A DNA stretch of 64,000 nt from Candidatus Bathyarchaeota archaeon (lineage in GTDB: Archaea; Thermoproteota; Bathyarchaeia; 40CM-2-53-6; RBG-13-38-9): positions 64,001 to 128,000 of the forward strand of contig CAWECG010000001.1 of the NCBI GenBank assembly GCA_963807605.1, given 5' to 3'. The notes beneath the pieces were generated by a model that saw only the letters and a program-made list of their open reading frames with translations, was not told the origin of the DNA and did no database searches. The position numbers and the translations under genes are program-made. Positions 19,268-27,819 of the stretch are shown one piece after another (positions within the stretch are counted from its first letter, which is position 1; every line of letters begins with the position of its first letter).

Positions 19268-20158
19268 TCAGCTTGCGCCTAAATTCGGTGCAGCTTCTTT
19301 ACTTATTGCGGCTACTCTATTTGTCAGAGTGGCCATCTCGGTGTAGGCAGTTCTAAAGATCTCTTTGACAGTATCTGGAGTCACGTATTCGGACTTGACC
19401 GCTAGGGAATGGGCTTGCCGCCAAGCTTTTCCGATGATCATTAGGGCGGTTTCAGGCGTTAGGTAGCCAGCCTCACTGGCTAGAATTAAGGCTTGCATAT
19501 AGGTACTTGCAATGTTCTTCTTGAAATCTTCAAGATCAAATGCCAATGCATCTCGGTTAAGGATTGACCCTTTATCGTAAGCAGCTACGATCGATAGTCC
19601 CGCCTCCATAGGCTTCATTCCGAGACGAGTTAGAACTGATGCGAGCTTTGTTGGGATCGTGTCGCCTTTTCTGGCTACCAGAGTGTCTTTTGCGACCCAT
19701 ATGCTTCCCGACTCAATCTTTGTGGGAATTTTGACTTCGCCAAACTCGCTGATTATGGGTCCGGGAGGAAGACCAGTGTTACCCGAAGGAATGGTGATGC
19801 TGCTCGTCGCGATGTCTCCTCCTTTTGCGGGAACCTTGACTTTGTTCTTATTCAAAAAGAGTATCAACTGAAAGGGATTCATATCAGTAAAGAGCAGAAC
19901 CAAAGGTCCTCTGATCGATTCTGCGAACTTGCTGATGTTTTTTCTTTCGGGCTCGAGCTCTTGACTTGCCTTTCTGAAGATCGTATTTTTTGTCACAAGC
20001 ATCGTTGCCTTGTCCCTCAGCGTCTTTCGAATCTCTTGAATTTGCATTGACCTAACACCCCTTAGGTCAGCTGCGGCTACGACGTCATGCATCTTCATGA
20101 CCCCCTTCATTTTTTCAAGAGCTTCTTTCTTCCATGGCTGGACTTTCCTTGCAGGCAA
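19268..20158 (-). CDS. rplP0: 50S ribosomal protein L10/P0
   Basis: WK, KNT, PAKGGDIA, GNTGLPPGP; conserved operon position. Confidence 0.95.
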   Translation of the reverse strand: MPARKVQPWKKEALEKMKGVMKMHDVVAAADLRGVRSMQIQEIRKTLRDKATMLVTKNTIFRKASQELEPERKNISKFAESIRGPLVLLFTDMNPFQLILFLNKNKVKVPAKGGDIATSSITIPSGNTGLPPGPIISEFGEVKIPTKIESGSIWVAKDTLVARKGDTIPTKLASVLTRLGMKPMEAGLSIVAAYDKGSILNRDALAFDLEDFKKNIASTYMQALILASEAGYLTPETALMIIGKAWRQAHSLAVKSEYVTPDTVKEIFRTAYTEMATLTNRVAAISKEAAPNLGAS

Positions 20159-20171
20159 TCATGTTACACCT

Positions 20172-20828
20172 CTAAAATGAAAGGCTCACAGGCTCTCCCA
20201 TAGAAGTCTTGAGGAGTATGGCTGAGACATTGCGTAGTCCCCGCTCAAGCTTACCCTCTAGGGTCGAGAAGACCGCTTGAATATTCTCTGAGAGGTCTTC
20301 GTTGGACATTTCGTCGCTGCCGACTCTGCATTGGATGACGGGTTGATCCCTAACCCGAATCTTTACCGTTCTCTTGCCCTGGTCTATGATCTCGGCTATT
20401 GGCGCATTCGGACTGATTGGGCTAGGCATTTTTCCTCTTGGACCTAAGACTGGACCGATCGTTTTACCGACTAAAGGCATGAGGCTAGCCTCGGCGATGA
20501 AGAAGTCGCAATCGTTCTGCAGCTTTCTGGAAGCCTTCTTATCTTTTGCCATTTCATCAAGTTGATCTCTCCCGATAACAAGGTCTGCATTAGCCTCCTT
20601 CGACCTTAACGCGAGATCGCCGGTGGCGATTACACAGACTCTGACTGTCTTGCCTATTGGGTGTGGAAGTATGACTGCTTGGTTAATCCTGTTCTCGGGT
20701 TTCTTTAAGTCGAGATCCTTGAGTTTGATTATGAGTTCTAGCGATTGCTTGAACTTGCGTTTCTCCTGTTTCTTTATGTCCTCAAGGGTTTTCTGAATAT
20801 TCTCTTTTGTCAACGGCAAGCGTCTCAC
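20172..20828 (-). CDS. rpl1: 50S ribosomal protein L1
   Basis: RKFKQSLELII, LGPRGKMP, KTSMG. Confidence 0.96.
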   Translation of the reverse strand: MRRLPLTKENIQKTLEDIKKQEKRKFKQSLELIIKLKDLDLKKPENRINQAVILPHPIGKTVRVCVIATGDLALRSKEANADLVIGRDQLDEMAKDKKASRKLQNDCDFFIAEASLMPLVGKTIGPVLGPRGKMPSPISPNAPIAEIIDQGKRTVKIRVRDQPVIQCRVGSDEMSNEDLSENIQAVFSTLEGKLERGLRNVSAILLKTSMGEPVSLSF

Positions 20829-21009
20829 CCATGGTTACTGTGGTGATCTTGAAAGTGTCTATTACCCTCCAACTAATGGCGTTAATTAGTATTTCGTACT
20901 CTACAAAGTGATGTCTTCTGGTTTGGTCTCACATTCCGGTCTGTACTCTTTAGGGGGGAATCTAAGCGAATAAATCCAGAGTGCCTTTACAGGTTCATCT
21001 GGTTGAGGT

Positions 21010-21501
21010 TTACTTTAGTAACGTGTTGTGTTTTCCTTGATCCACTTCTCTCTGTACTTCTCGCGGATCCTTGTTGTCAACGGTCACTCCAATACTTACG
21101 AAGGTCCCCAGCACTTCCTTCAATGCTGCTTTGGAATCTTTGGAGTACGTGTCCTTCATCTTCATCTGTGCGATCTTCAGCGTTTGCTCAATTGAAAGGT
21201 TCCCGATCTTCTCTAGCTTTGGATTTCCTGAGCCTTTCTCTGCGCCAAGTTCCTTTATTATCAGGGCCGAGGTTGTCGGAGTCCCTATCTCTACGTCAAA
21301 CTCCTTTGTCGAAACATCCACCGAAATCTTGACAGGGACTTTCATTCCAGCGTAGTCTTTCGTCAATTCGTTTATGCGGTTCACTATCTGCAGTACGTTG
21401 ACTCCTAGAGGGCCCAGTGCTGGACCCAGAGGAGGACCTGCGGTAGCTTCTCCGCCGTTGATCAGAGCTTCAATCTGTTTCTTTTCTGCCAACTCCTTCA
21501 C
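21010..21501 (-). CDS. rpl11: 50S ribosomal protein L11
   Basis: GGEATAGPPLGPALGPLG, GMKVPV. Confidence 0.97.
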   Translation of the reverse strand: MKELAEKKQIEALINGGEATAGPPLGPALGPLGVNVLQIVNRINELTKDYAGMKVPVKISVDVSTKEFDVEIGTPTTSALIIKELGAEKGSGNPKLEKIGNLSIEQTLKIAQMKMKDTYSKDSKAALKEVLGTFVSIGVTVDNKDPREVQREVDQGKHNTLLK

Positions 21502-21961
21502 CTCTGCCGGCGCCTATTCGTCTAACATAGTCTGCATGCACAGTTATTGGCAGAGTTGCAAAACCCTCTTCAAGCAACTCTATCGTGACTTCTTCCTTCA
21601 CCTTGTCCATGTGCGTGATCTTAGCCCTAAGTCCTCTGAATGGTCCAGCAATCACCTCGACCAGGTCAGAATTGCTGAGATCCTCTATAGTTGGCTTCGT
21701 AACGATAAAGCGTTCGATTGTTGAGAGTGGAACCGAACCTTTGGTTTTGGCTCGTGCATGTTTTATGCCCGACATGGCTTCGTCGACTACGTGAGGGCCG
21801 GAAGCCTCTACAAAGACGTAGCCTTTGATAGCTTCGGATACTAGGACAGAGAAGACGGGCAACTTCTTCATCAATGATCTTGATGTAAGAACTTCGGCAA
21901 CGGTTCTTTCTTGTCCGCCTGTTGTTCGAATTGCAAAGATCATATTGCTTCCTTCAATCAA
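21470..21961 (-). CDS. spt5: Transcription elongation factor Spt5/NusG
   Basis: RTTGGQE, KGYVFVE, KOW motif VIAGPFRG. Confidence 0.95.
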   Translation of the reverse strand: MIEGSNMIFAIRTTGGQERTVAEVLTSRSLMKKLPVFSVLVSEAIKGYVFVEASGPHVVDEAMSGIKHARAKTKGSVPLSTIERFIVTKPTIEDLSNSDLVEVIAGPFRGLRAKITHMDKVKEEVTIELLEEGFATLPITVHADYVRRIGAGRGEGVGRKETD

Positions 21962-21971
21962 CGATTATCGC

Positions 21972-22151
21972 TTAGGTGGCGGATCCTGTGCCCAAGAAAA
22001 GAAAGAGAATCTTAACCATGAATCCTATCCCCCCGATCAAGGCTATCCCCAGCAGAGAGATTCGCAACAAAAGCCACACTTCCTCTCGAGTAGGTTTGGA
22101 GGAGGCGTGGACCAGTCGTCTCGTTGATTTGATGAACTGTCCTATGCTCAA
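21972..22151 (-). CDS. secE: Protein translocase subunit SecE/Sec61-gamma (59 aa)
   Basis: Below the ORF-track cutoff. Manual translation MSIGQFIKSTRRLVHASSKPTREEVWLLLRISLLGIALIGGIGFMVKILFLFLGTGSAT: KP.REE motif plus one TM helix, in the canonical position upstream of spt5. Confidence 0.92.
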   Translation of the reverse strand: MSIGQFIKSTRRLVHASSKPTREEVWLLLRISLLGIALIGGIGFMVKILFLFLGTGSAT

Positions 22152-22241
22152 CCCTATAGCCTCAACACCTTAGACTTAGATCTATCATGTGCCTTATCTT
22201 TAACGATTCAACGTAGACAGATGAACTGACGCAAATTAAGT

Positions 22242-22391
22242 TTACCTTTTTGGTATCTGTTTCTTTCGGAGAGCTTCATATAGTGCAGGACTGGTAATTC
22301 TCGTGTGAAGTCTACGACGTCTCTGATGAGACTCGACTTTTCTCGCTGGTACTGGATCGCTGACTTTGACGATTAACGCGTGCTCTTCCAT
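22242..22391 (-). CDS. Possible small basic protein (49 aa), unknown function
   Basis: ATG-TAA ORF MEEHALIVKVSDPVPARKVESHQRRRRLHTRITSPALYEALRKKQIPKR filling the dtdA-secE gap in the same orientation; no recognised motif. Confidence 0.3.
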   Translation of the reverse strand: MEEHALIVKVSDPVPARKVESHQRRRRLHTRITSPALYEALRKKQIPKR

Positions 22392-22426
22392 CTAATGCGA
22401 ATAGTCTGTGGTTTGAACGCACGCTT

Positions 22427-23239
22427 TCAGACTCTCACGAGACTAATGTTCATCTTTTCAAGCGTTGAGACTAGCTTCTTCCTAGCCTGGGATTTGAGAC
22501 CCTTCCAGTCGATCACAGCCGTATCACAACCGCCAAGCGTTCTTCTGAAAGCTTGATCGACAACATACGAATCATACTCTTGAAAGAAGTAGTCTGGGAG
22601 TATGTGGCCAATGGCAAAGTCTCCCTCGGCAACGGTGGCTGTATGTTTTGGTGAGTAGTGACCGCCACCGAAGCCTACTGCTGACTTGCCTAGTCCGCGT
22701 TCGCTGGCGGCCTTTAACGCGGCTTCGGCCGCAACCTCGGCTGCTTTTACACTTATCCACTGCTGGTTGGTACTGCCGATCTCTACGAATAGGACGGGCG
22801 TATGAAGTTCAGTCGGTCCATGATGTGTCGCCTCTAATGAGACGGAGTATTCTCGAAGTCCCAGTTGGTTGGTCGATTCCAAGAGTGCATTGAGGGCGGA
22901 CTGCAGTCTCTGAGGGTCGGCCCAAGCCAGGGCTCTCGGAAAGCCTCCAAACCGGTTGCTGCGTCCCGTGTTACCCGGCACGTGAGCTGTCAAAGTGGGC
23001 CTGCCGCTCCCGCTACTGTGACGTGAGATGCAGACTATGGCTTCAGCATGGTAACTCAAATCGGCATCGCGCATGTCAAGAACATCTCCGTCTACCTGCA
23101 AGAGCAGGAGATCCCCTTTTTCAAAGACGGTTTTCTTTCCATTCTCTGTCCGGTATTTGAATCCGAAATTGGCAACTAGTCTTTCGGCGATGTTCGTTGC
23201 TGCTGGGTCAGACTTCGATCCCACTATTAAGACAGGCAA
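22427..23239 (-). CDS. dtdA: D-aminoacyl-tRNA deacylase (archaeal DTD2/GEK1)
   Basis: SRHSS, LTAHVPGN, EATHHGPT, FVEIGS, GFGGGHY, IDWKG. Confidence 0.95.
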   Translation of the reverse strand: MPVLIVGSKSDPAATNIAERLVANFGFKYRTENGKKTVFEKGDLLLLQVDGDVLDMRDADLSYHAEAIVCISRHSSGSGRPTLTAHVPGNTGRSNRFGGFPRALAWADPQRLQSALNALLESTNQLGLREYSVSLEATHHGPTELHTPVLFVEIGSTNQQWISVKAAEVAAEAALKAASERGLGKSAVGFGGGHYSPKHTATVAEGDFAIGHILPDYFFQEYDSYVVDQAFRRTLGGCDTAVIDWKGLKSQARKKLVSTLEKMNISLVRV

Positions 23240-23272
23240 GTCCTCGCCTCGTAGTTCAGGTTCGTTCTCGAA

Positions 23273-24221
23273 TCAAAGAAGCAAAGCTAGGAGGCTTTTC
23301 GTTGTGTGTAGTCTGTTTTCAGCTTGATCCCAAACCACGGATTGAGGGCCGTCGATAACCTCTCCTGTGACTTCCTCACCTCTTCGACAAGGAAGTGGAT
23401 GCATAAAGATGGCTGCGCTGGATGCTGAAAGCATTAATTCGGAATTGACTTGGTATTCCGGTAGGAAAGATCTCAGTCTCTCCTCTCTCTCAGCCTCCTG
23501 TCCCATGCTCACAAAGACATCCGTGTAGACAATGTCTGCTTCTGCAACTGCGTGCTTAGGGGATGTGGTGATGTCAACACTCGAACCTGTAGTCTCAGCG
23601 TTTTTTTTGGCTGTTCTCACGAATTCGGGGTCAGGCTCGTATATGGCTGGGCAGGCGACTGCTATGTTTATGCCCATCTTTGAACAGCCGATCAAGAGAG
23701 AGTTGCAGACGTTGTTACCATCTCCGACATAGGCTAAAGTGAGGTTTTCAAGGGTGCGTTTCTTCTCCCAGATTGTCATAAGATCTGCGATGGTCTGCAC
23801 AGGATGTTCCTTATCGGACAGACCATTTATTACTGGTACAGCCGAGTATCGGGCCAACTCATCCAGTGTGCTGTGTGAGGTCACTCTGGCAACTATTCCG
23901 TCAACATACCCGCCAAGTGTTCTGGCCGTGTCGGCTACAGTCTCTCCCCGGCCAAGCTGCAAGTCTAGCCAATTCAGATAGAGCGCATGCCCGCCAAGTT
24001 GACGCATAGCCACTTCAAATGAGGCTCTTCTCCGATCACCAAGGTTAGACCTCAGGTGATGTTCGGGTAGAGGGCTTCTGAAAGATCATAGCCAGACTCT
24101 TACTTGGAAGTAGCTTGGACATCCGTCTCCTCTTAAGATTCCTTGCAAACTTCAGGGTTCGCCAAATTTCACTATTCCCGTAGTCCTGCAGTGAGAGGAA
24201 GTCCCTTCCCTTTATCGACAT
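23273..24221 (-). CDS. argF: Ornithine carbamoyltransferase, interrupted by a 31-nt BHB intron (24030-24060); spliced product 305 aa
   Basis: ATG 24221 with AGGTGA RBS gives MSIKGRDFLSLQD...IFQKPSTRT. After removing 24060-24030 it continues RASFEVAMRQLGG...HPVQ...GDGNN...SMG...HPLPCRRG...QAENRLH. 949-31=918 nt = 306 codons. Confidence 0.93.
24030..24060 (-). other. Predicted archaeal BHB intron in argF mRNA
   Basis: CCGA-AC|A-TCACC-TGAGGTCTAACCTT-GGTGA-TCGG-AG|A: perfect 4-bp central helix CCGA/TCGG, two 3-nt bulges, inner stem TCACC/GGTGA; contains an in-frame TAA. Confidence 0.85.
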
Positions 24222-24388
24222 ATTTTCACCTGAGAATAGTGGTGAGGTGGCAGTATATAGTCGCTAAGGAAGCGGATCTGTGGTCGCGTTGAATTGGCAT
24301 ACGAAAAAGAAAATGTTGTGATATCCGCCTAGATAAAAAGGGGTATGACTCGCCGTTGCGTTAGTGGATGCTCCCCCAGGTCTCTACA

Positions 24389-24922
24389 TCACGTAGCTTC
24401 AAACTCTATTCTCAAAGTCATGCCGCTGATCTCCTTTGCAAGTCTTCTGGCAAGCTCAAAGTCAACGGGCATGTGTCGAGGTCTTCTTCCGTGAAGTATG
24501 ACTTTAGTCTCAGTAATCTCGCCAGGCAACCAGACAGTGTTGATCGTCAGAATTGAGATTGGACTGAAAAGATCCTCTATGAGTTGCCTTGAGTCGCCAC
24601 TATAGCCGAGAACCTTGATTCTACGACCCGTCTTCTCTCCTACGGCACGCACAATCTTCCCACCAGAGCTAAGCACCTTGCCAACATCCTGTTTGTTAAC
24701 TAGTATGGCTAGAACCTCCCCGGATTCAATAGCTCGTTCAAACGAGACGTCCTGCAGTATTGGAAACTCTTTCTCCAACTCATATAGGATTCTAACGATC
24801 CTTAGGTCTAGGTCTGTTATCTGGCCTTTTCTGAGTTTCTCCTCGCACCTTGGACATAAGACTCCGCTCTTGACACAGAAGTTGTCCAGAGTGGTCTTCA
24901 CCAAGATGTTTTCCTCCAACAA
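24389..24922 (-). CDS. Archaeal NusA-like KH-domain protein with N-terminal Cys motif
   Basis: CVKSGVLCPRC, KH-like segment, NTVWLP motif typical of the archaeal NusA-like family. Confidence 0.8.
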   Translation of the reverse strand: MLEENILVKTTLDNFCVKSGVLCPRCEEKLRKGQITDLDLRIVRILYELEKEFPILQDVSFERAIESGEVLAILVNKQDVGKVLSSGGKIVRAVGEKTGRRIKVLGYSGDSRQLIEDLFSPISILTINTVWLPGEITETKVILHGRRPRHMPVDFELARRLAKEISGMTLRIEFEAT

Positions 24923-25345
24923 GGAAGGAGCCGTCTGGACTCATGGATATAGTGTTGGTCCTTTCTTGAAAACATCCTCACGGCTATCCTACTGCTCTTC
25001 TACTGTTTTTGTGTACGCTACATTGAAACGGACAATAAATGCGTTATGGTTTCAAAATTCCGCGATAGCTGAAAGCACCTAGCTATTCAGATTCGCATAA
25101 GAACTGGTTCTGAATTACACTGAGCGGTTATGCAATTGTCCACTGGGAAAGGGAGAGATTTAGTCAAGCTCAGGGTGAAATCGTGTTGGCAAACCTCCAC
25201 GATTTTGATTTGTTAATGGTGGTTACAAGCCGAGGGATCGAAGAAGCGCATCGCGGGCTGTCCCAATGAATCTGATCTGCGTTCCGACAAGAATCGGTTT
25301 CTTATCGGACTTTCCGGTATTTGAGCACAATGTGCAAATCTTAAA

Positions 25346-26710
25346 ATGAAATACAATGCCCAGAAGTACAAGAGTTGGGATAAGAACGTGAAAATCGAGC
25401 CTTTGGACTCTTGGCGAAGGACACATTACTCAAGCATGGTTACGCCTGACCTCGATGGTAGCGAAGTGACGATTTTTGGCTGGATCCAAGACATACGTGA
25501 CCTTGGAAACATAGTCTTCATCACTTTGAGGGACAGAGAAGGTATTCTTCAGGTCACTGCAACGTCCAAGAAAGCTGACCTTGATACTTTTCAGAAACTC
25601 AAGAGCTTGGGAAAGCAATTTGCGGTTGGAATAAAAGGCATTGTCGCCAAGAGGGACGAGGCTCCGCGTGGCGTCGAGCTGATTCCAAGAGAAGTCAAAG
25701 TCCTAGGGCTGGCGAGTTCCCCTCTGCCCTTGGATCCAACTGGAAGAGTGCCGGCCGACGTTGACGTTCGACTGGATGCCCGGATTCTAGACCTGCGGAG
25801 ACCCGAGCCGCAGGCTATCTTCAAGGTCAGGCATGAAATTGTTAGTGTGATCAGACAATTCCTAAGTGAGAGGGGCTACCTCGAGGTACACACCCCGAGG
25901 ATAATAGCTGCTGCTGCTGAGGGGGGTGCATCCCTCTTCCCAGTTGAATACTTCGACGAGAAAGCCTACTTGGCGCAGAGCCCTGAGCTGTACAAGGAAG
26001 AGTTAATCTCAGTCTTTGAGAAAGTCTTTGAAATAGGGACCTTCTTCAGGGCTGAGGAATCACACACCAGAAGACATCTGAATGAGTTCATCTCCGTCGA
26101 TGTTGAAGAAGCCTTTGCAGAAGCAAAAGATGTCATGACCCTTCAGGAAGAACTCCTAGCAAGCATACTGAAGAGGCTTGAAAAGAGATGTGCGACCGAG
26201 CTTGGCATACTTAGCCTAGAACTTCCGTCGATCAGATTGCCTCTTACCAGATACACCTACTCCGAAGTTATCGATCAATTACAAAAAAGTGGCTTCGAGA
26301 TTCGGTGGGGCGACGATCTATCTACGCCAGCGTCTAGAGCTCTCGGGCAACTTCACAAGGACGAGTTCTACTTTGTGACTGAATGGCCAACCAAGACCCG
26401 GCCCTTCTACATCAAGCCAAGAGCCGATAAGAAGGAGATCTGTGAAGCTTTTGACTTCATGTTTGAATGGATTGAGATAACATCAGGTGGTTCAAGAGTC
26501 GATGACAAGCAGCAACTAATCGAGAGACTTAGAGAACAGGGACTCTCACCTGCAAGTTTTGATTTCCACCTTAAGACTTACGATTATGGAATGCCCCCTC
26601 ACGCTGGATGGGGTATGGGCCTGGACAGACTTGTCATGGCCATCCTGAGAAGAGAGAATATCCGGGACGTGGTCCTCTTCCCAAGGGATAGATTCAGACT
26701 CAGACCTTGA
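25346..26710 (+). CDS. aspS: Aspartate-tRNA ligase, probably non-discriminating (Asp/Asn)
   Basis: RTHY, RLDARILDLR, LAQSPELYK, FRAE, YGMPPHAGWGMG, FPRD. Pro in the anticodon-domain loop (EAPRG) suggests the non-discriminating type. True start probably near 25388. Confidence 0.95.
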   Translation: MKYNAQKYKSWDKNVKIEPLDSWRRTHYSSMVTPDLDGSEVTIFGWIQDIRDLGNIVFITLRDREGILQVTATSKKADLDTFQKLKSLGKQFAVGIKGIVAKRDEAPRGVELIPREVKVLGLASSPLPLDPTGRVPADVDVRLDARILDLRRPEPQAIFKVRHEIVSVIRQFLSERGYLEVHTPRIIAAAAEGGASLFPVEYFDEKAYLAQSPELYKEELISVFEKVFEIGTFFRAEESHTRRHLNEFISVDVEEAFAEAKDVMTLQEELLASILKRLEKRCATELGILSLELPSIRLPLTRYTYSEVIDQLQKSGFEIRWGDDLSTPASRALGQLHKDEFYFVTEWPTKTRPFYIKPRADKKEICEAFDFMFEWIEITSGGSRVDDKQQLIERLREQGLSPASFDFHLKTYDYGMPPHAGWGMGLDRLVMAILRRENIRDVVLFPRDRFRLRP

Positions 26711-26726
26711 AGGTCGGGTTGTTGAT

Positions 26727-26891
26727 CTACTTCGCTCCGAGTTCGCGTTTCTTCCATCTGAGATGCCCGCCATGACATTTTCTACATCTGTATGCGGCGG
26801 CTGAATTCTTGACTCCGCAATCTCTACAAATCTTATAGAATAGCCTATGTTTTTGTGCCAACTGTTTCTTAGCTATGTCTGTTATGGGCAT
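26727..26891 (-). CDS. rpl40e: 50S ribosomal protein L40e
   Basis: MPITD...KICRDCGVKN...RCRKC...LRWKK. Confidence 0.95.
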   Translation of the reverse strand: MPITDIAKKQLAQKHRLFYKICRDCGVKNSAAAYRCRKCHGGHLRWKKRELGAK

Positions 26892-27074
26892 TCCCGATGA
26901 CCTCGGACAACACAAGGGACTGATTCGGGCAAATATGTCTTTTGGATAAGACTTGCGTTAATTTTGAGAGAACCTTAATACAATAGGCTTCCGGATAAAA
27001 AGGCCAAACAATGATTCGTCGAAGGTGTCTTTGCAAGCAGGCTTAGCTTTGAAAACACATGGCTGGTTGATTGG

Positions 27075-27497
27075 TTGAGGCTGGAAAAGATCCTAGGAAT
27101 TGTACTGAGCGCAGCTGGCCTCACATGCCTAGCTCTAGGAATCTTCTCAGTAAGCAGATTGATGAACATCTTCATCCCGAATATGGAGGAGGCAACAAGC
27201 AATGAGTTGGCATCATTCTTCTATATCTCAACACCGCAGACGATTCTCTGGTCTATAGCCTTTGTAACCTTCTTTGCCTCGGGGATGTTCCTGACGACAA
27301 GAACTGCCGGATTAACTGAAGAAGTAGATGAGCTCTCAAAAGTCTTGAGAGAGAGCGGAGACCCAGAAATCCTTGCTGCGAGCCAAGATTCAGAGGAACA
27401 AGTGAAAAGCGAGGCAGATAATAGGGTACTAACCATTAAGGCCGAGGTCCTTAAGGCCATTGAACGACTTGAGAAACTGGACCAGTCAACTGATTGA
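27075..27497 (+). CDS. Hypothetical membrane protein (two TM helices, acidic helical tail)
   Basis: Two hydrophobic segments followed by a charged C-terminus. Confidence 0.7.
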   Translation: MRLEKILGIVLSAAGLTCLALGIFSVSRLMNIFIPNMEEATSNELASFFYISTPQTILWSIAFVTFFASGMFLTTRTAGLTEEVDELSKVLRESGDPEILAASQDSEEQVKSEADNRVLTIKAEVLKAIERLEKLDQSTD

Positions 27498-27507
27498 TTA
27501 AACGCGC

Positions 27508-27748
27508 ATGTTTCTTCTGCTTCACTCCCAAATCCTGCAAAAGGCAAAGATTGTCTGCTGCTCCGATGGTCTAACTAAGGCCGACGAAGAGGCTTCGAAG
27601 TTCAATCATGCTGAGAGTCCGCAAGAAGCCCTTCAGATGACTTTAAAAGAAACGGGGACAAAAGAGTAAAGTCGGAAACGCGAAATGTGGAGAGATACTT
27701 CTAATAATCACCTCGTTCCTAAAGATGATGAAGAAAGAAGGGGTTTAG
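27508..27748 (+). pseudogene. Possible decayed C-terminal fragment of a LarA (lactate racemase) family gene
   Basis: SQILQKAKIVCCSDGLTKADEEASKFNHAESPQEALQMTLKETG, then after a frameshift KSKVG...GEILLII; resembles the LarA C-terminus from memory only. Confidence 0.4.
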
Positions 27749-27819
27749 CAAAGCCTGGACAGGACGCCATGCGAAAGCTTTACTTAACCCATTCTAAAAT
27801 TATAGTTGGAGAGTGACGA

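Noticed and set aside
23273-24221. argF as a frameshifted pseudogene, or as the 246-aa ORF in the track
   Set aside because: There is a single insert with BHB geometry whose removal restores the frame and the STRT motif; the rest of the gene and its RBS are intact.
25085-25345. Gap before aspS: hairpin TCCGACAAGAA/TTCTTATCGGA and fragments faintly resembling a decayed small gene
   Set aside because: No family could be assigned with confidence; needs Infernal and blastx.
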